A stretch of DNA of 63,797 bases, filler included, from Octopus bimaculoides (GCF_001194135.2; 5 parts of 4 records of this genome joined end to end with filler, not necessarily neighbours in it), one strand, 5' to 3'. Shown: positions 13,725-25,625, numbered from the whole stretch's first letter. Notes: generated by a model not told the origin, from the letters alone. Numbers and translations: made by a program.

Positions 13725-14302
13725 TTTAGACTTTTTCTCAATGAAAATTGAAAATTATCAAATTAGATATTAAGTGTGGATAAAAAATAACTTGGAAAGA
13801 ATTTTGATTGTTAAATACCAGGGTCAAAGTTGAGGAAAAATTCTTTGAAAAGAATGTACCTGTCATCTATGTTTCATACACTCTCAACTTCAACAACGAC
13901 AACAACTGTGCTGATCAATTTTTAATCCCGAAGATGATGCAATACTTGCAATGTAATGGTTTTTCTATGATACTGACAGATACAGAAGATAAATCCAATC
14001 TTTTGCAATGAGGTTAGCCTAGTGGCAAAGTAAATCCTCACTGGCCTACACTTTAAGGACAGAATAAAGTATCTGCCCTCTATGTAAGTCTTTTAAAATT
14101 GCGACACATTCGTCGTGAGAAAGTTTCCCTTATAAACGTAATAACGTTAAGAAACGCTGAAAAATTATCTGCAGAAGGCGAAAGCCACGCAGCGTTGGTT
14201 GTAAATTTGGTGGATCCTCATTTCTTCTTGTAAACATATATTTGTGCGTGTGCGTATGTGTGCGTGTGCACGCGCGTATAATATATGTTGTGTGTGTGTG
14301 TA

Positions 14303-14336
<34 letters not shown>

Positions 14337-14639
14337 TTTAAAGCTTATAAAATACTACAAACAGAATTGTCACTCGTCACCGCTTCTCTATTCATATATA
14401 TTTGTGTATGAAGCTATATTTGCATGCATGTTTATATGTATATATGTGCTCGTTTCTGTGTGTATTCGAATTGTCGAATTGATATTACTTAGGTAGAACT
14501 GACGTTTGTCCCTGTTAGATAATACGTCCAGTAACCTGACGGAAACGTGAGTGTAAGGCTGCAATGTTGAACAAAGAAAAAGACAAAAAAAAACAAGAAA
14601 GAATAGAAAAAATAAAAACAAAATAATTGTATTATGGTA

Positions 14640-15110
14640 GAACTTCGTCACAAAATGTAAACGGTGCTGCTAATGGTCATTTTTTTTTCTTTATTGATAG
14701 CCAGTCGTTCATCAAATGTGTGTTCCATGTTGTCAGACGATCAATAAAGCCTTTTCCTTCGATGTGGTGATGCGTTTGAGAGTGGCAGTGTGAAGGAAAA
14801 GGCCTGCAGCGTGAACAAACGAAATCTACTCGCTATACCACGACAACGCACTTGCTCACGTGTCCCTCTTTATCTATGTCATTTTGGCAAAGGTGGAAAT
14901 GATTCTCATTCTCAGCCACACTACCGATTTGTGCTCGAAGGCTATTTTATGTTTTCTTTTATTATCAACGTTGAAATCCATACTGAAAGCTCACCGATTT
15001 CAGAGAATTAAAACGACCGAAAAAACTTAAACGAAAATGGCAAACTATCCGAAAATCCATTGCAAAACATGAAAAGCATGAAAACAAACAAGGATTGATT
15101 GGGTTTGACG
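14640..15110 (+). mobile_element. Mariner (DD34D) transposase remnant, C-terminal half
   Basis: Translates as VVHQMCVPCCQTINKAFSFDVVMRLRVAV*RKRP..YHDNALAHVSLF..LAK..LKSILKAHRF, matching mariner VH.EFVP.GQTVN..RLREAVRRKRP..HHDNAPAH. HDNA is at 14839-14850. Confidence 0.75.
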
Positions 15111-15152
15111 TATCGAGAGTGGATGGAACTATCATGCAGCAAATAATCTTAA

Positions 15153-15295
15153 TAAAATTTAACACACTCACTGTTAAAATTTCCACTTATTTCTTATTTT
15201 TATTTTCCTAAAAGGTTGCAAGACGCAACGAAAATTTTAGGAAAATAAAAATAAGAAATAAGTGGAAATTTTAACGGTGAGTGTGTTAGATTTTA
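15153..15295. repeat. Near-perfect inverted repeat: 61-bp arms, 21-bp spacer
   Basis: 15153-15213 and 15235-15295 are reverse complements with 2 mismatches. The spacer holds a small GTTGC/GCAAC hairpin. Confidence 0.95.
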
Positions 15296-15499
15296 AGGCA
15301 CGATAAGAAAATGACTCTCCCCAGACACAACAGAATATGCTTCAACATATTCAACAAATCACAAAAAAATATTGCAAACCAAATCCAAAAACGAAATCTT
15401 AATAAACTTATAAATAAAACAATATATCTATATTTTTAAAGGATCCGGTTTCTTTCCGAACAAACATGAAATATAATTTGATTTATAATTTTGCGTATA

Positions 15500-15690
15500 T
15501 CTTTTACCTTCCACTTGTTTCTGTCACTAGACATGCAGCCATGCTGGAGCACTGGTTTAGTCGAACAGATCGAAGTTAGTACTTTTTTGAAGTCTTGTAC
15601 ATATTCTATGAACTCGCTTTTGCAGAGCCGCAAACATATGAGTATGTAAACAAACGAACACCTGTTGTTAAGCGATGGTGGGAAATAAAC
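15500..15690 (-). mobile_element. SINE 3' part (family A/B tail)
   Basis: GCCATGCTGGAGCAC..GTCGAACAGATCGA..GTTGTTAAGCGATGGTGGG. Confidence 0.7.
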
Positions 15691-15810
15691 AACAGCGGCG
15701 AGCTGGCAGAAACGTTAGCACGTCGGGCGAAATGCTTAAAGGTATTTCGTCTGTCGTTACGTTCTGAGTTCAAATTCCAACGAGGGGTTGACTTTGAACT
15801 CAGACCGTAA
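15690..15810 (+). mobile_element. tRNA-derived SINE head (family C)
   Basis: GGCGAGCTGGCAGAAACGTTAG (A-box-like) and GAGTTCAAATTCC (B box). Confidence 0.8.
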
Positions 15811-16363
15811 CGATAATATTTGTTTATTATATTATATTATATTATTATAAGAATATAATATAACATAATATAATATAATATTATGTTAATTAATTAAAAT
15901 TTTTGAATTGACGATTGCATATCTCTATTTTCTTTTCATTTTTATAAATTTAATATATACCTATGTGAATTGTAACGTTTTCCTCTACTAAATTGGGTAA
16001 ATCAGTTGAGCCAGAAAAAGACTGGATGGTTTCATTCCTATTTTCCTTGTATTAGATTTAATTATATATAATATATATATATAATAAAAAGTTATTTTTA
16101 ACGTAGGCAGGACAGTTCTCTATAACGTGGTGGGAGGGCGTGAACAGATAGATTGATCCATTTATTTAATTTACTTTCTTGACTCCAGCAAGATAAAGAG
16201 CAAAGTCGATCAATGCGGAAAGTGTCATAACATCAAACTACTAAGCATTTCGAGAATTTTACTGAAACTTTCAAGAAAGAGGATAAGACCATGGGGAAAC
16301 GGAAAGAGAAATTAGAAAAGAAGAGAAGAAATGACAAAAATATGGGTTAAGGGAAAATAACTA

Positions 16364-16424
<61 letters not shown>

Positions 16425-16437
16425 GTCTATCTATCTA

Positions 16438-16484
<47 letters not shown>

Positions 16485-16544
16485 GCCTGTCTGTCTGTCG
16501 GTCGGTCGGTCTATCTATCTGTCTATCTATCTATTGCAGGCATA

Positions 16545-16945
16545 GATATGTGTTAAGAAATTTGTTTCCCAAACTTTCAGAAACTGAAAGCCCGCCGTAT
16601 ATNNNNNNNNNNNNNNNNNNNNNNNNNNNNNNNNNNNNNNNNNNNNNNNNNNNNNNNNNNNNNNNNNNNNNNNNATATATATATATATATATAATTTGTG
16701 TGTATATATTTATGTTTGTGTGTCTTTGTGTCTGTGTTTGTCCGGCCATCACCGCTTGAAAACCGGTGTTGGTGTGTTTCCTTCCCCGTAACATAGCAGT
16801 TCGGCGAAAGAGACCGTTAGAATAAGTACTAGGCTTAAAAGAAAAGTCCTAAGGTCGATTTGTTCGACTAAAATCCTTCAGGTCAGTGCTCCAGCATGGC
16901 CGCAGTAAAAATGACTGAACCAAATAAAAGAAAGGAATAAAAGAA
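16545..16945 (+). mobile_element. SINE family A/B spanning a gap (head remnant plus 3' tail)
   Basis: GAAACTGAAAGCCCGCCGTATAT precedes the gap. The tail AGTTCGGCGAAAGAGACCG..GCTCCAGCATGGCCGCAGT..(AATAAAAG)n follows it. Confidence 0.75.
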
Positions 16946-17094
16946 CAACATTTCACTTAGGCATTGTGATACTAATAATAACCTGGTGTTAGAAATTTAA
17001 TATGCCTATGCTTCAGAATAAAACGTTTTCCGAGTGCAGAGCATAATATGATATTAAATAAATGACAAAAGAACAGGAAATTATGAACTTTATT

Positions 17095-17174
17095 AGCTTA
17101 CAGCTGTGTCTGCCATAAGATGCAGTGCTCTCAGAGTTTAGTGCTTCTGCATCATCTTATAGATTGTCGGAGCT
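17095..17174 (-). ncRNA. Decayed type I hammerhead motif, same helix III family as 20022-20150
   Basis: Minus strand: AGCT-[CCGACAA, decayed core]-helix II hairpin ATAAGATG../..CATCTTAT-[AGACA, decayed GAAA]-CAGCTG-TA-AGCT. Confidence 0.4.
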
Positions 17175-17892
17175 TCAAAAATGGCTACCCCCGCCACACT
17201 ATTATGTATTTGTATGTATGTATGTATGTATGTATGTATGTATGTACGTATGTATCTATACTGACAAGCAGACTTCGACTTTTTCTATCCAAAGGGTTTT
17301 TTAAATCCAATATGTACATTTGTAGCTTATCCGATTAAAGATCCAAAGCTATACATATATATATATATATGTCTATACACAGAACCCCCCCCCCCCCCAC
17401 ACACAAACACATGGATATATGCATACATACACTCATACGTACACATGCGTACACGCATGCACAACAGAGACAAAGCATGTTCAGGATTGCTTATAAACGC
17501 TTCACTGGGTATAAAGATTCTTAAATACCAGATATTTTAAAATCTCTTTCGAATAGCACCTGAAGTGTGTTGATGCAAAAAGCTCCGCTGCTGCCATTGT
17601 CGTATGAAATATTCTTGCGGACGTTTGTAATGCGAAGTAATATTTCATAATGTAACTGTGACCTCACCAACATGGCACCCTATAAAACACGAGGTTCATA
17701 ACTACTTGGTAATATCTAACTATGTTGGAAATTTCCCCTCCATCTTTGAAGTCGCTGTATATTATTCTTGTTTAAGAATAATATATGTATGTACGTACGT
17801 ACGTATGTATGTATGTATGTATGTATGTATGTATGTATGTATGTATGTATGTATGCATGCATGTATGTATGTATACATGCATATGTATATTA

Positions 17893-17942
<50 letters not shown>

Positions 17943-18141
17943 CTTACACATACATGCACACTTGCATATTTGTATGTAATTTTTTTAATGGAATTTCTGT
18001 TACATCTGCCATTAATAACGAATGGAAAAAATTCAACTCCCCGGTATTGAGTACTCATTTTCCAGTTCATTGGAAATGTACACACACAAACACACACACA
18101 CACACACATACTCGTGTACACACACACACACATACTCGTGT

Positions 18142-18172
<31 letters not shown>

Positions 18173-19344
18173 TTCACAAATGCGCGCACACACACATATG
18201 TGTATATTGATTATACGTATTATATTTGTTATAGTTATATTGAAAATATTTGAAGCAAATTAGCGAATTATTGAGAGGGTTCAAGAACAATGAAAGGAAT
18301 CCGGCTTTGAGCGATGATATATGTATTAATATAAAATTGCAACCAATGCGAAGATTAAGCCACTTATTGAAGTATATGCATATATAGTATACTCCGGTAT
18401 CCTGACACAGTGTATTTCTGGCTGCTGATATATGCCCACTGAAGTCTATGATAACTAAAAACCTCCGTCAGCGGGATAATAAAGAGATCAATATTTGTTT
18501 TTCACTGAGGTACAAAGCCCGATGAAGTGCGGCATAGCCGAAATATCAAGAACGCAAAAACTTGCAATTTGCTATACAAAAGCAAGAACAAAAAACAACA
18601 TGCACAGTCTGTCTCTCTATTTTTCTTCCTCTTTCTCACCCTCCTTTCTCTCTCTCTGTCATTCATGCTATCATTCACACACACACAGAGAAGCATCTAC
18701 ACACGTACACTGTGTATGTTTTTGAGATATCTTAAGGCAAACAGGAAAACTTAAGTTACAGATCCGGAAATATTGAAAAAATGATTATAAATTCTTTAGA
18801 AATTATAGAAGGGCATTGGATAATGTAATCGTAGATACATGCATCTATCGTTTATATATAAAAGTGCATAAACCTTAAAATAATTAAGTAAAAATAGGGG
18901 TAGGTGGGATCATTTCAGTTTGGGCATCTTTGATAACAGGCCTATTTGAATATGGTTAGAACTGACCTGGTAACAACAACAAAATTGGTACATCATGCCG
19001 CAACTTCACTGTAGTCATAGATGACACAATGTCTGACTAAAAGACGGGTTGGTCATCATTAGAATGTCTTTTATTATAAATATTTTCTATCATGGTGAAT
19101 CAGGAAAAAAGTCACAAAAATATGGCAATTTGTCTCTGCAATTGAGGAATATACCGAACTGGTAATAGTAACAAAACTATTAACCCTAACCCCTAACCCA
19201 TAACCGCATTCCCGAATCTTAAATCTAACCTTAATCCTAACTCTAAATCAGAATCTCTGCCCTTAATTAGAAATCCTTAAATCTAATCTCCATTTTCTAG
19301 TTGGTTAATGAGCAACTTAGAATATTATATAATTAATTTACTAG

Positions 19345-19507
19345 AAGTGCAAGCGTGGGTGTGCGGTAAGAAATCGGCTTTCCAAGCACATGGTTCCGAG
19401 TTCAGTCTAACTGCGTGGCACCTTGGGCAAGTGTCTTCTACTATAGCTTCGGGCCGATCGAAGCTTTGTGAATGAATTTGGTTGACGGAAACTGAAAGAA
19501 GCCTATC

Positions 19508-19510
<3 letters not shown>
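19345..19510 (+). mobile_element. tRNA-derived SINE head (family A)
   Basis: GTGCGGTAAGAA..CATGGTTCCGAGTTCAGTC..GGCACCTTGGGCAAGTGTCTTCTACTATAG; CpGs retained. Confidence 0.85.
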
Positions 19511-19560
<50 letters not shown>

Positions 19561-20021
19561 GCGAGAGAGTTAGGGGTTGAGGATTCAACCCACTAAGGGA
19601 TCGAGAACCGTGTATGTAGTAGAATGCCTGTGTATACATATTTGTATATGTATACATGTGTGTGAGGGGATAGATGGATACGGACACACATATGTACTCA
19701 CATATATATATATGATCTTGAATCATTGAGCATCTGAGTATGGTTATGCACACGGACTCATATATATATATTGGAGTGTCTTTAGCTATTTGTATGACCT
19801 CATGTACTGTTTGTAGGCTTTTTATGTGCCTTATATTTTTATATTTTTATATTTTTATATGTTATATTTTCATTTTTCATTTATTTATTTTCTATTTTAT
19901 TCTTGCTGTACCCTTATTTTTATTGTTATTTTTATTTTTGTTTTTGTTTTTGTTTTTGTTTCTGTTTGTATTTCACTTTTGTTTTTACCGCTTACTCTAT
20001 ATTTGCATGGAATTCTTTGTG

Positions 20022-20150
20022 AATCTCTGAAGAGGCCTAGCGAATCGGGCATGTGCCCCCATTTCAGCATTTCATCCGATAATTACTTCGGCAGGAACTA
20101 TTCGGATAGAATGGGGCATGCCAAAGCTAGGCCGAAACAGCTGTAAGATT
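20022..20150 (+). ncRNA. Type I hammerhead ribozyme, intact core, extended helix II, within a probable PLE pLTR-like segment (~19760-20340)
   Basis: Helix I AATCT/AGATT; core CTGAAGA 20027-20033; helix II GGCCTAGC/GCTAGGCC; GAAA 20134-20137; palindromic helix III ACAGCTGT; GTA cleavage triplet ending at 20145. Confidence 0.8.
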
Positions 20151-20362
20151 AAGTTTATGTTCATTCTATAATTCCTTATGTACCTTTATTTGTAAACCCA
20201 GTTGTCAATATACCATGGTTTGTCATAAACACCTGTACTTTGTGTTTTTGTTTTTGTCACTTTAGTGAATTAGATTAATGAATTCAACAGGATACACTGT
20301 CTGCAAGTCGTTGGGTTCAGCATATTATTCTCCATTTTCTAATTGATATATATATATATATA

Positions 20363-20462
20363 NNNNNNNNNNNNNNNNNNNNNNNNNNNNNNNNNNNNNN
20401 NNNNNNTTAATTAATTAANNNNNNNNNNNNNNNNNNNNNNNNNNNNNNNNNNNNNNNNNNNN
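20363..20462. other. Artificial 100-bp scaffold linker (44N-TTAATTAATTAA-44N)
   Basis: Identical construction at four places; the 12-mer has stops in all six frames. Confidence 0.95.
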
Positions 20463-21149
20463 CAAACACAAACCAAGACAGGAAAAATTGGACAGTGAAA
20501 ACAACATTCAAAAGCCGTACGGCCAAACGCGAATCTGAGGTAGAACGCTAGTAGTTCATCTTGCCTTCACAGCGGCTGGAGTGAAAAGAAAGTTGACCAC
20601 AGGTCACACGAGAGCAGAGAGGATGGTGGAGGGAGGAAGTGGAACAAGGAGGAAGGGACAGAAGGGTATAGCAGTGAAGTAGAGGCCAGGACAGAAGGAT
20701 AGATAGAAAGATAGAGGAAGACAGATAGATAAATAGATAGAGAGGATGGTGGAGGGAGGAAACACACACACTTGCATACATACACGCATACATGCATACA
20801 TACATACATATATACATACATATGTCATCATCAAATGTGATGGGGAGATAATCATATATATATATATATTTATATCTATACATATACACATGATTATCTA
20901 TCATGAAATTTGATGACCAAGCAGCTGCAATAAATAAATTAATTAAATAAATAACGAGATAAAATGAAAGTAGAAGCTCAAGTATTTTATTGCTATTGAG
21001 AAAACTAGTTCTGGCACAGAATTATTTGCTATAAACCTCACATTCACATTTACTTCTTTCTGAAGAGTTAGAATGGGATTTATGAACTTTTATTTTAGTG
21101 CTTATAATTAATTTGTTTGATTGTGTTGGAAATGTACTGTGCGTGAGAA

Positions 21150-21548
21150 GACCCGGCAAGCCAAGTGAGATCGTTGCCAGGGCCCCTGGACTGGCTCTTG
21201 TGTGGGTGGCACATAAGATGTACCATCCTGAGCGTGACCGTTGCCAGTACCGCCTGACTGGCCTTGTAGGGTTTTCGAGCGAGATCGTTGCCAGTGCCCC
21301 TGGACTGGCTCTTGTGCGGGTGGCACATAAAAGACACCATTTCGAGCATGGTCGTTTTCGTGCGGGTGACACGTAAAAGCACCCACTACACTCTCTGAGT
21401 GGTTGGCGTTAGGAAGGGCATCCAGCTGTAGAAACTCTGCCAAATTAGATTTAGCCTGGTGTAGCCATCCGGTTGCACCAGTCCTCAGTCAAATCGTCCA
21501 GCCCATGCTAGCATGGAAAGCGGACGTTAAACGATGATGATGATGATG
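21150..21548 (+). mobile_element. RTE-tail-type SINE or LINE 3' end (family D) with internal ~113-bp duplication and (GAT)n tail
   Basis: GGTTGGCGTTAGGAAGGGCATCCAGCTGTAGAAACT..GGACGTTAAACGATGATGATG. GAGATCGTTGCCAG..GGTGGCACATAA occurs twice (~21168 and ~21281). Confidence 0.8.
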
Positions 21549-21899
21549 TATGCCCATTCTCATGAGCATACTAAGGTAGGCACCTTAGGCACTGCTTCTT
21601 GAGACCACACACTGTGGTCTCCTGCTGAAGTTGTACACTCAGCCAGGGTTCTCCCTGTTCAGTCTTTGATTGTCATTATTCCATTCTTATCTTTGTTGCC
21701 CATGAGCTTGTTCTGTTTACCTATTCCTCAAAGATAAGAGCACATAGGTTCTAAGACCTGTTAACATGGCAAAATACTGCAGTCTCCATTGCCTAACCAT
21801 CATCCCCAAATTTTGTTCTGTTCATATTTTGTATCAGGCCAAATTCTTTTAATTTTGCAGGTCACTCTTTTCTACTCATCCAATTTCATACAATTATAA

Positions 21900-22080
21900 A
21901 GTGCTGGTGTCATGTAAAAAGCATTCTATCCACTCTGCAGTGTGGTTGATGTTGGGAAGGGCATCCAGCCATAAAAGCCATGCCAAAACAGACACAGAAG
22001 CCTAGTGTAGTCTTCTTCCTGGCCAGCTCCTGTCAAACTGCCAGCATGGAAGGCAGATGTTAAACAATAATGATGAGGAT
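21900..22080 (+). mobile_element. Decayed family D repeat
   Basis: GGAAGGGCATCCAGCC..AGCATGGAAGGCAGATGTTAAAC; CpGs converted to TG/CA. Confidence 0.65.
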
Positions 22081-22093
22081 AAAGATGATAAAA

Positions 22094-22323
22094 TTAATTC
22101 TTTAGCATTCGGATTATTCTATCAAATATAATGCTTATAAATTCACAGTGTTTTAAATTAATCATACATTATCTTGTAGCTTATAAATTTTGATGTTATG
22201 ATTGTTTATAATCTAAATGACATTATAGGGTAAGTATGAGAGGCTGAATCTGGCTGCTTTGAACATAAAAGAAGGTACAATATTTGGGCCAGATATGGCC
22301 AAATTTAAATGCTTATAGATTAA
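22094..22323. mobile_element. piggyBac-like MITE (decayed)
   Basis: TTAA at both ends (22094-97, 22320-23) with degenerate inverted termini TTCTTTAGCATT / AATGCTTATAGA. Confidence 0.5.
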
Positions 22324-22374
22324 ATCCCCTTGAATTCATACATTTTATTATTATTATTATTTGTTCAATCTGGA

Positions 22375-22645
22375 GAACTCATTTCTCACCAAAAACAACA
22401 TGGTATCACTTCTGCACCTGCCCTATTTGCCAGATTTAATACCTGTGGTCTTCTATCTCTTACCTAAGATGAAAATGCAGCTCAAAAGTCATCATTTTAA
22501 TACCATTGTTGAGATCCAGTGTGAATCATAGAAGGTCCTCAACTCACTTATGAGAAAATGACTTCCAGCCTGGATTCCAAAAGTGGCGGGAATGCTGGGA
22601 CCAGTGTATTGCTGCACAAGGTGACTGTTTCGAAAGAGCTTAGGT
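22375..22645 (+). mobile_element. Mariner transposase C-terminal remnant
   Basis: FLTKNNMVSLLHLPYLPDLIPVVFYLLPKMKMQLKSHHFNTIVEIQ..DFQPGFQKWRECWDQCIAAQGDCFE, i.e. the mariner HPPYSPDL motif and C-terminal WxxCixxxGxYFE. Confidence 0.85.
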
Positions 22646-22724
22646 AAATATGTTAGTTGTTATTAAATGTAACTAGTGCTGGACTATTTTGATACCACCT
22701 CATAGGTGCAATAAATTTTACCAA

Positions 22725-22870
22725 AGTTTCTCTAAGCCAAATCCACTTACAAGTCATTAGTGAACCAGAGAGATAATGGTAGAGGACCACTATGGGGTTT
22801 CACAGTGAGATTGAACTCAGAACCATTGGTTGCAAAGTGATCTTCCTAAACATATAGCTTTGTCTATGCC
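22725..22870 (-). mobile_element. Decayed SINE head (family A)
   Basis: CCAAATCCACTTACAAG..GAACTCAGAACCAT is the reverse complement of the family A head. Confidence 0.55.
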
Positions 22871-23434
22871 TATTTGACTGGCAATATATTTTATCAGAAT
22901 GTCCAACAACTGAAAAGCCATGTAGATCCTTGCATTATTTGAACTCCAAACAGAATAAGACATTAAAAAACCCCTACAAATTGTGATGTATGCACTGACC
23001 TCAAGGTCCATCATCATCATCATCATCATCATTTAATGTCCGTTTTCATGTTGGCATGGGTTGGACAGTTTGACAGAAAACTGGTAAGCTGCAAAAATTC
23101 TAATTTGGATTAATATTATATTTGACATGAAAGTCAATGTCACTGCAGACTAAGCAGACATAAACTGCAATTTGCAACTCTGCCATGGAATTATTCATAG
23201 CAAAGTAAGAATTTTCCCCAAACATTCATTAGTATGTGTAGAAAAATAAAGCTGTTTAAAGGACAAATAATTCAGAGATGCATAATTATTTCTTGTTAGG
23301 TTATTTTTTAATGCTGCCTATATTAAATATGTTAATACTAACTTAACTATGCATACAGTGTCACTGAATTATTTATTCGCTGAACATTTCTGGTTTCCTA
23401 AGCCAACCAATTTATAATTATGTATATTTACTTG

Positions 23435-23885
23435 GAGGTGCAGATGTGGTTGTGTGGTTAAGAAGCTTGCTTTCTAACCTTTTGAACTCAGGTTCAGTCC
23501 CATGGGGTAATATCTTGGGCAGGTGTTTTCAACTATGGCCCCAGACCAGCCAATGGCTTATGAGAGAATATGGTCAATGGAAACTGTGTAGAAGCCCATC
23601 ACAAACACACACACACATATATTATATGCATGTGTGTGTATGTCTTCGTGTGCATGTGTTTGAGTTTTTCCCCCCACCCACCACTTGATAACCAGTATTG
23701 GTTTATTTACATCCCTCTAACTTAGTGGTTCAGCAAAGGAGACCATTACAATAAGTACCATACTCAGAAATGAAATACGATAAAATAAATATTCAAAGTT
23801 GATGTGTTCAACTGGGACCTTGAAGGCAGTGCTCCAGAATGACCACAGTCTAGTGACTGAAACAAGGAAAATAAAATAAAAGATC
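23435..23885 (+). mobile_element. Full-length decayed SINE (family A head, microsatellite, B tail)
   Basis: Colinear with the 57140-57551 copy; most CpGs lost. Confidence 0.7.
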
Positions 23886-23962
23886 TTAAAAGAAAATCTT
23901 GTATGGCTGTGTTGTTGAAATATTTGTAAAATAACAGCAACTTGGAGAAACAAAGCAGACAT

Positions 23963-24126
23963 AGGCACAAACATATCTGTGTGGTAGGAAGCTTGCTTCC
24001 TAACCACATGGTTCCAGGTTCAGTCCCATTGTGTGGCACTTTGGGCAAGTGCTTTTTACTAGAGTCTCTGGCTGATCAACGCCTTGTGAGTCGATTTGGT
24101 AAACAGAAACTGAAAGAAGCCAATCA
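23963..24126 (+). mobile_element. SINE head (family A), CpG-decayed
   Basis: AAGCTTGCTTCCTAACCACATGGTTCCAGGTTCAGTCCC..GAAACTGAAAGAAGCC. Confidence 0.85.
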
Positions 24127-24149
24127 TATATATATATATATATATATAC

Positions 24150-24233
24150 AATCAAAATGAGCAACAGGATATCAAGAAGTGATGCAGTATGATCGTTACA
24201 TCACTTCTTGATATCCTGTTGCTTATTTTGATT
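24150..24233. repeat. Near-perfect 84-nt hairpin (35-bp arms, 14-nt loop)
   Basis: AATCAAAATGAGCAACAGGATATCAAGAAGTGATG / CATCACTTCTTGATATCCTGTTGCTTATTTTGATT; one G-T mismatch. Confidence 0.95.
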
Positions 24234-24322
24234 TTATTCACTTTACTTCAAGCTGTGCAGATAATACAAGACTGACTTGGTGCTTCAACTTAAGTACATA
24301 ATTCAACTGAATCTCAATTATG

Positions 24323-24371
<49 letters not shown>

Positions 24372-24820
24372 TTATATATATATTTAATGATATGAGAGGT
24401 ATTAGCATTATTTTATTTAACATATATATGTATATCTATATAAATATATCATCATCATCATCATCATCATCATCGTTTAACGNNNNNNNNNNNNNNNNNN
24501 NNNNNNNNNNNNNNNNNNNNNNNNNNNNNNNNNNNNNNNNNNNNNNNNNNNNNNNNNNNNNNNNNNNNNNNNNNNNNNNNNNNNNNNNNNNNNNNNNNNN
24601 NNNNNNNNNNNNNNNNNNNNNNNNNNNNNNNNNNNNNNNNNNNNNNNNNNNNNNNNNNNNNNNNNNNNNNNNNNNNNNNNNNNNNNNNNNNNNNNNNNNN
24701 NNNNNNNNNNNNNNNNNNNNNNNNNNNNNNNNNNNNNNNNNNNNNNNNNNNNNNNNNNNNNNNNNNNNNNNNNNNNNNNNNNNNNNNNNNNNNNNNNNNN
24801 NNNNNNNNNNNNNNNNNNNN

Positions 24821-24883
<63 letters not shown>

Positions 24884-24887
24884 GTAC

Positions 24888-24921
<34 letters not shown>

Positions 24922-25414
24922 GTATATATATATAGATCACTCACAATTATCTTAAAGGAAGAATATATGAAATCATTTAGTCTTACTTTCTAAAATGATG
25001 AGGGGGTCATGGCCGAATTCTCTTTGGTCATAGTTTTGCTGGACCAGAGTTGTTGACCTAGGAATAAACATAAAAAAATAGGGAATATATACAAGCTAAT
25101 GTGAGAGCTTCTTTAAGGTGGTTCAAATTGCCTGAAATAGCAGCTACATCAGAGATCTGCTGTGGAATGCTTGAATGCCTGCAACGTAGTGGACTCGGTA
25201 TGTATCCATGTGGTGAACTCTGCAGGTATCCAGGTGGTGGTGTTAAATTTGGCAAAATATTCAGTCTACCCAAGAAGACTATGGTATGATCTAAACACAA
25301 AACTCAAAGTAGTGCAAGAGATACTACAAGACAACCAGTTCAATGTTGTTATATTTCCATCTATTCACAATCCCTTACAACACTCTAGCAATTCTGCTAA
25401 CTCACTGACATAAT

Positions 25415-25625
25415 TATTTTTGATTTAAGCCCAAAGGAGAAATTTTGAGGGAGAGGATTAGTTGATACTATTCAACTCAGTACTTGACAAGTAATCAATC
25501 CTCTATTAACCCGAAATGGATGAAGAGCAAAGTTGAGCTCAACAGAATTTGAACTTAAGCATAAAGAGCCAGAGGAAATATTGCAAGGCATTTTTGTCAG
25601 ACATTCTACTAACTCTGCCAATCCA
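25415..25625 (-). mobile_element. Decayed SINE family C
   Basis: GGATGAAGAGCAAAGTTGAGCTCAACAGAATTTGAAC. Confidence 0.65.

Noticed and set aside
13855-13970. Minus-strand exon with good-looking acceptor and donor
   Set aside because: Stop codons in all three frames.
18518-18550. CCGATGAAGTGCGGCATAGCCGAAATATC as a hammerhead
   Set aside because: The core has a substitution and extra bases, and no helix I pairing could be found.
19180-19250. Telomere-like (TAACCC)n
   Set aside because: Only about three good units, then rapid decay; such tracts are common inside invertebrate repeats and give no sign of a chromosome end or fusion.
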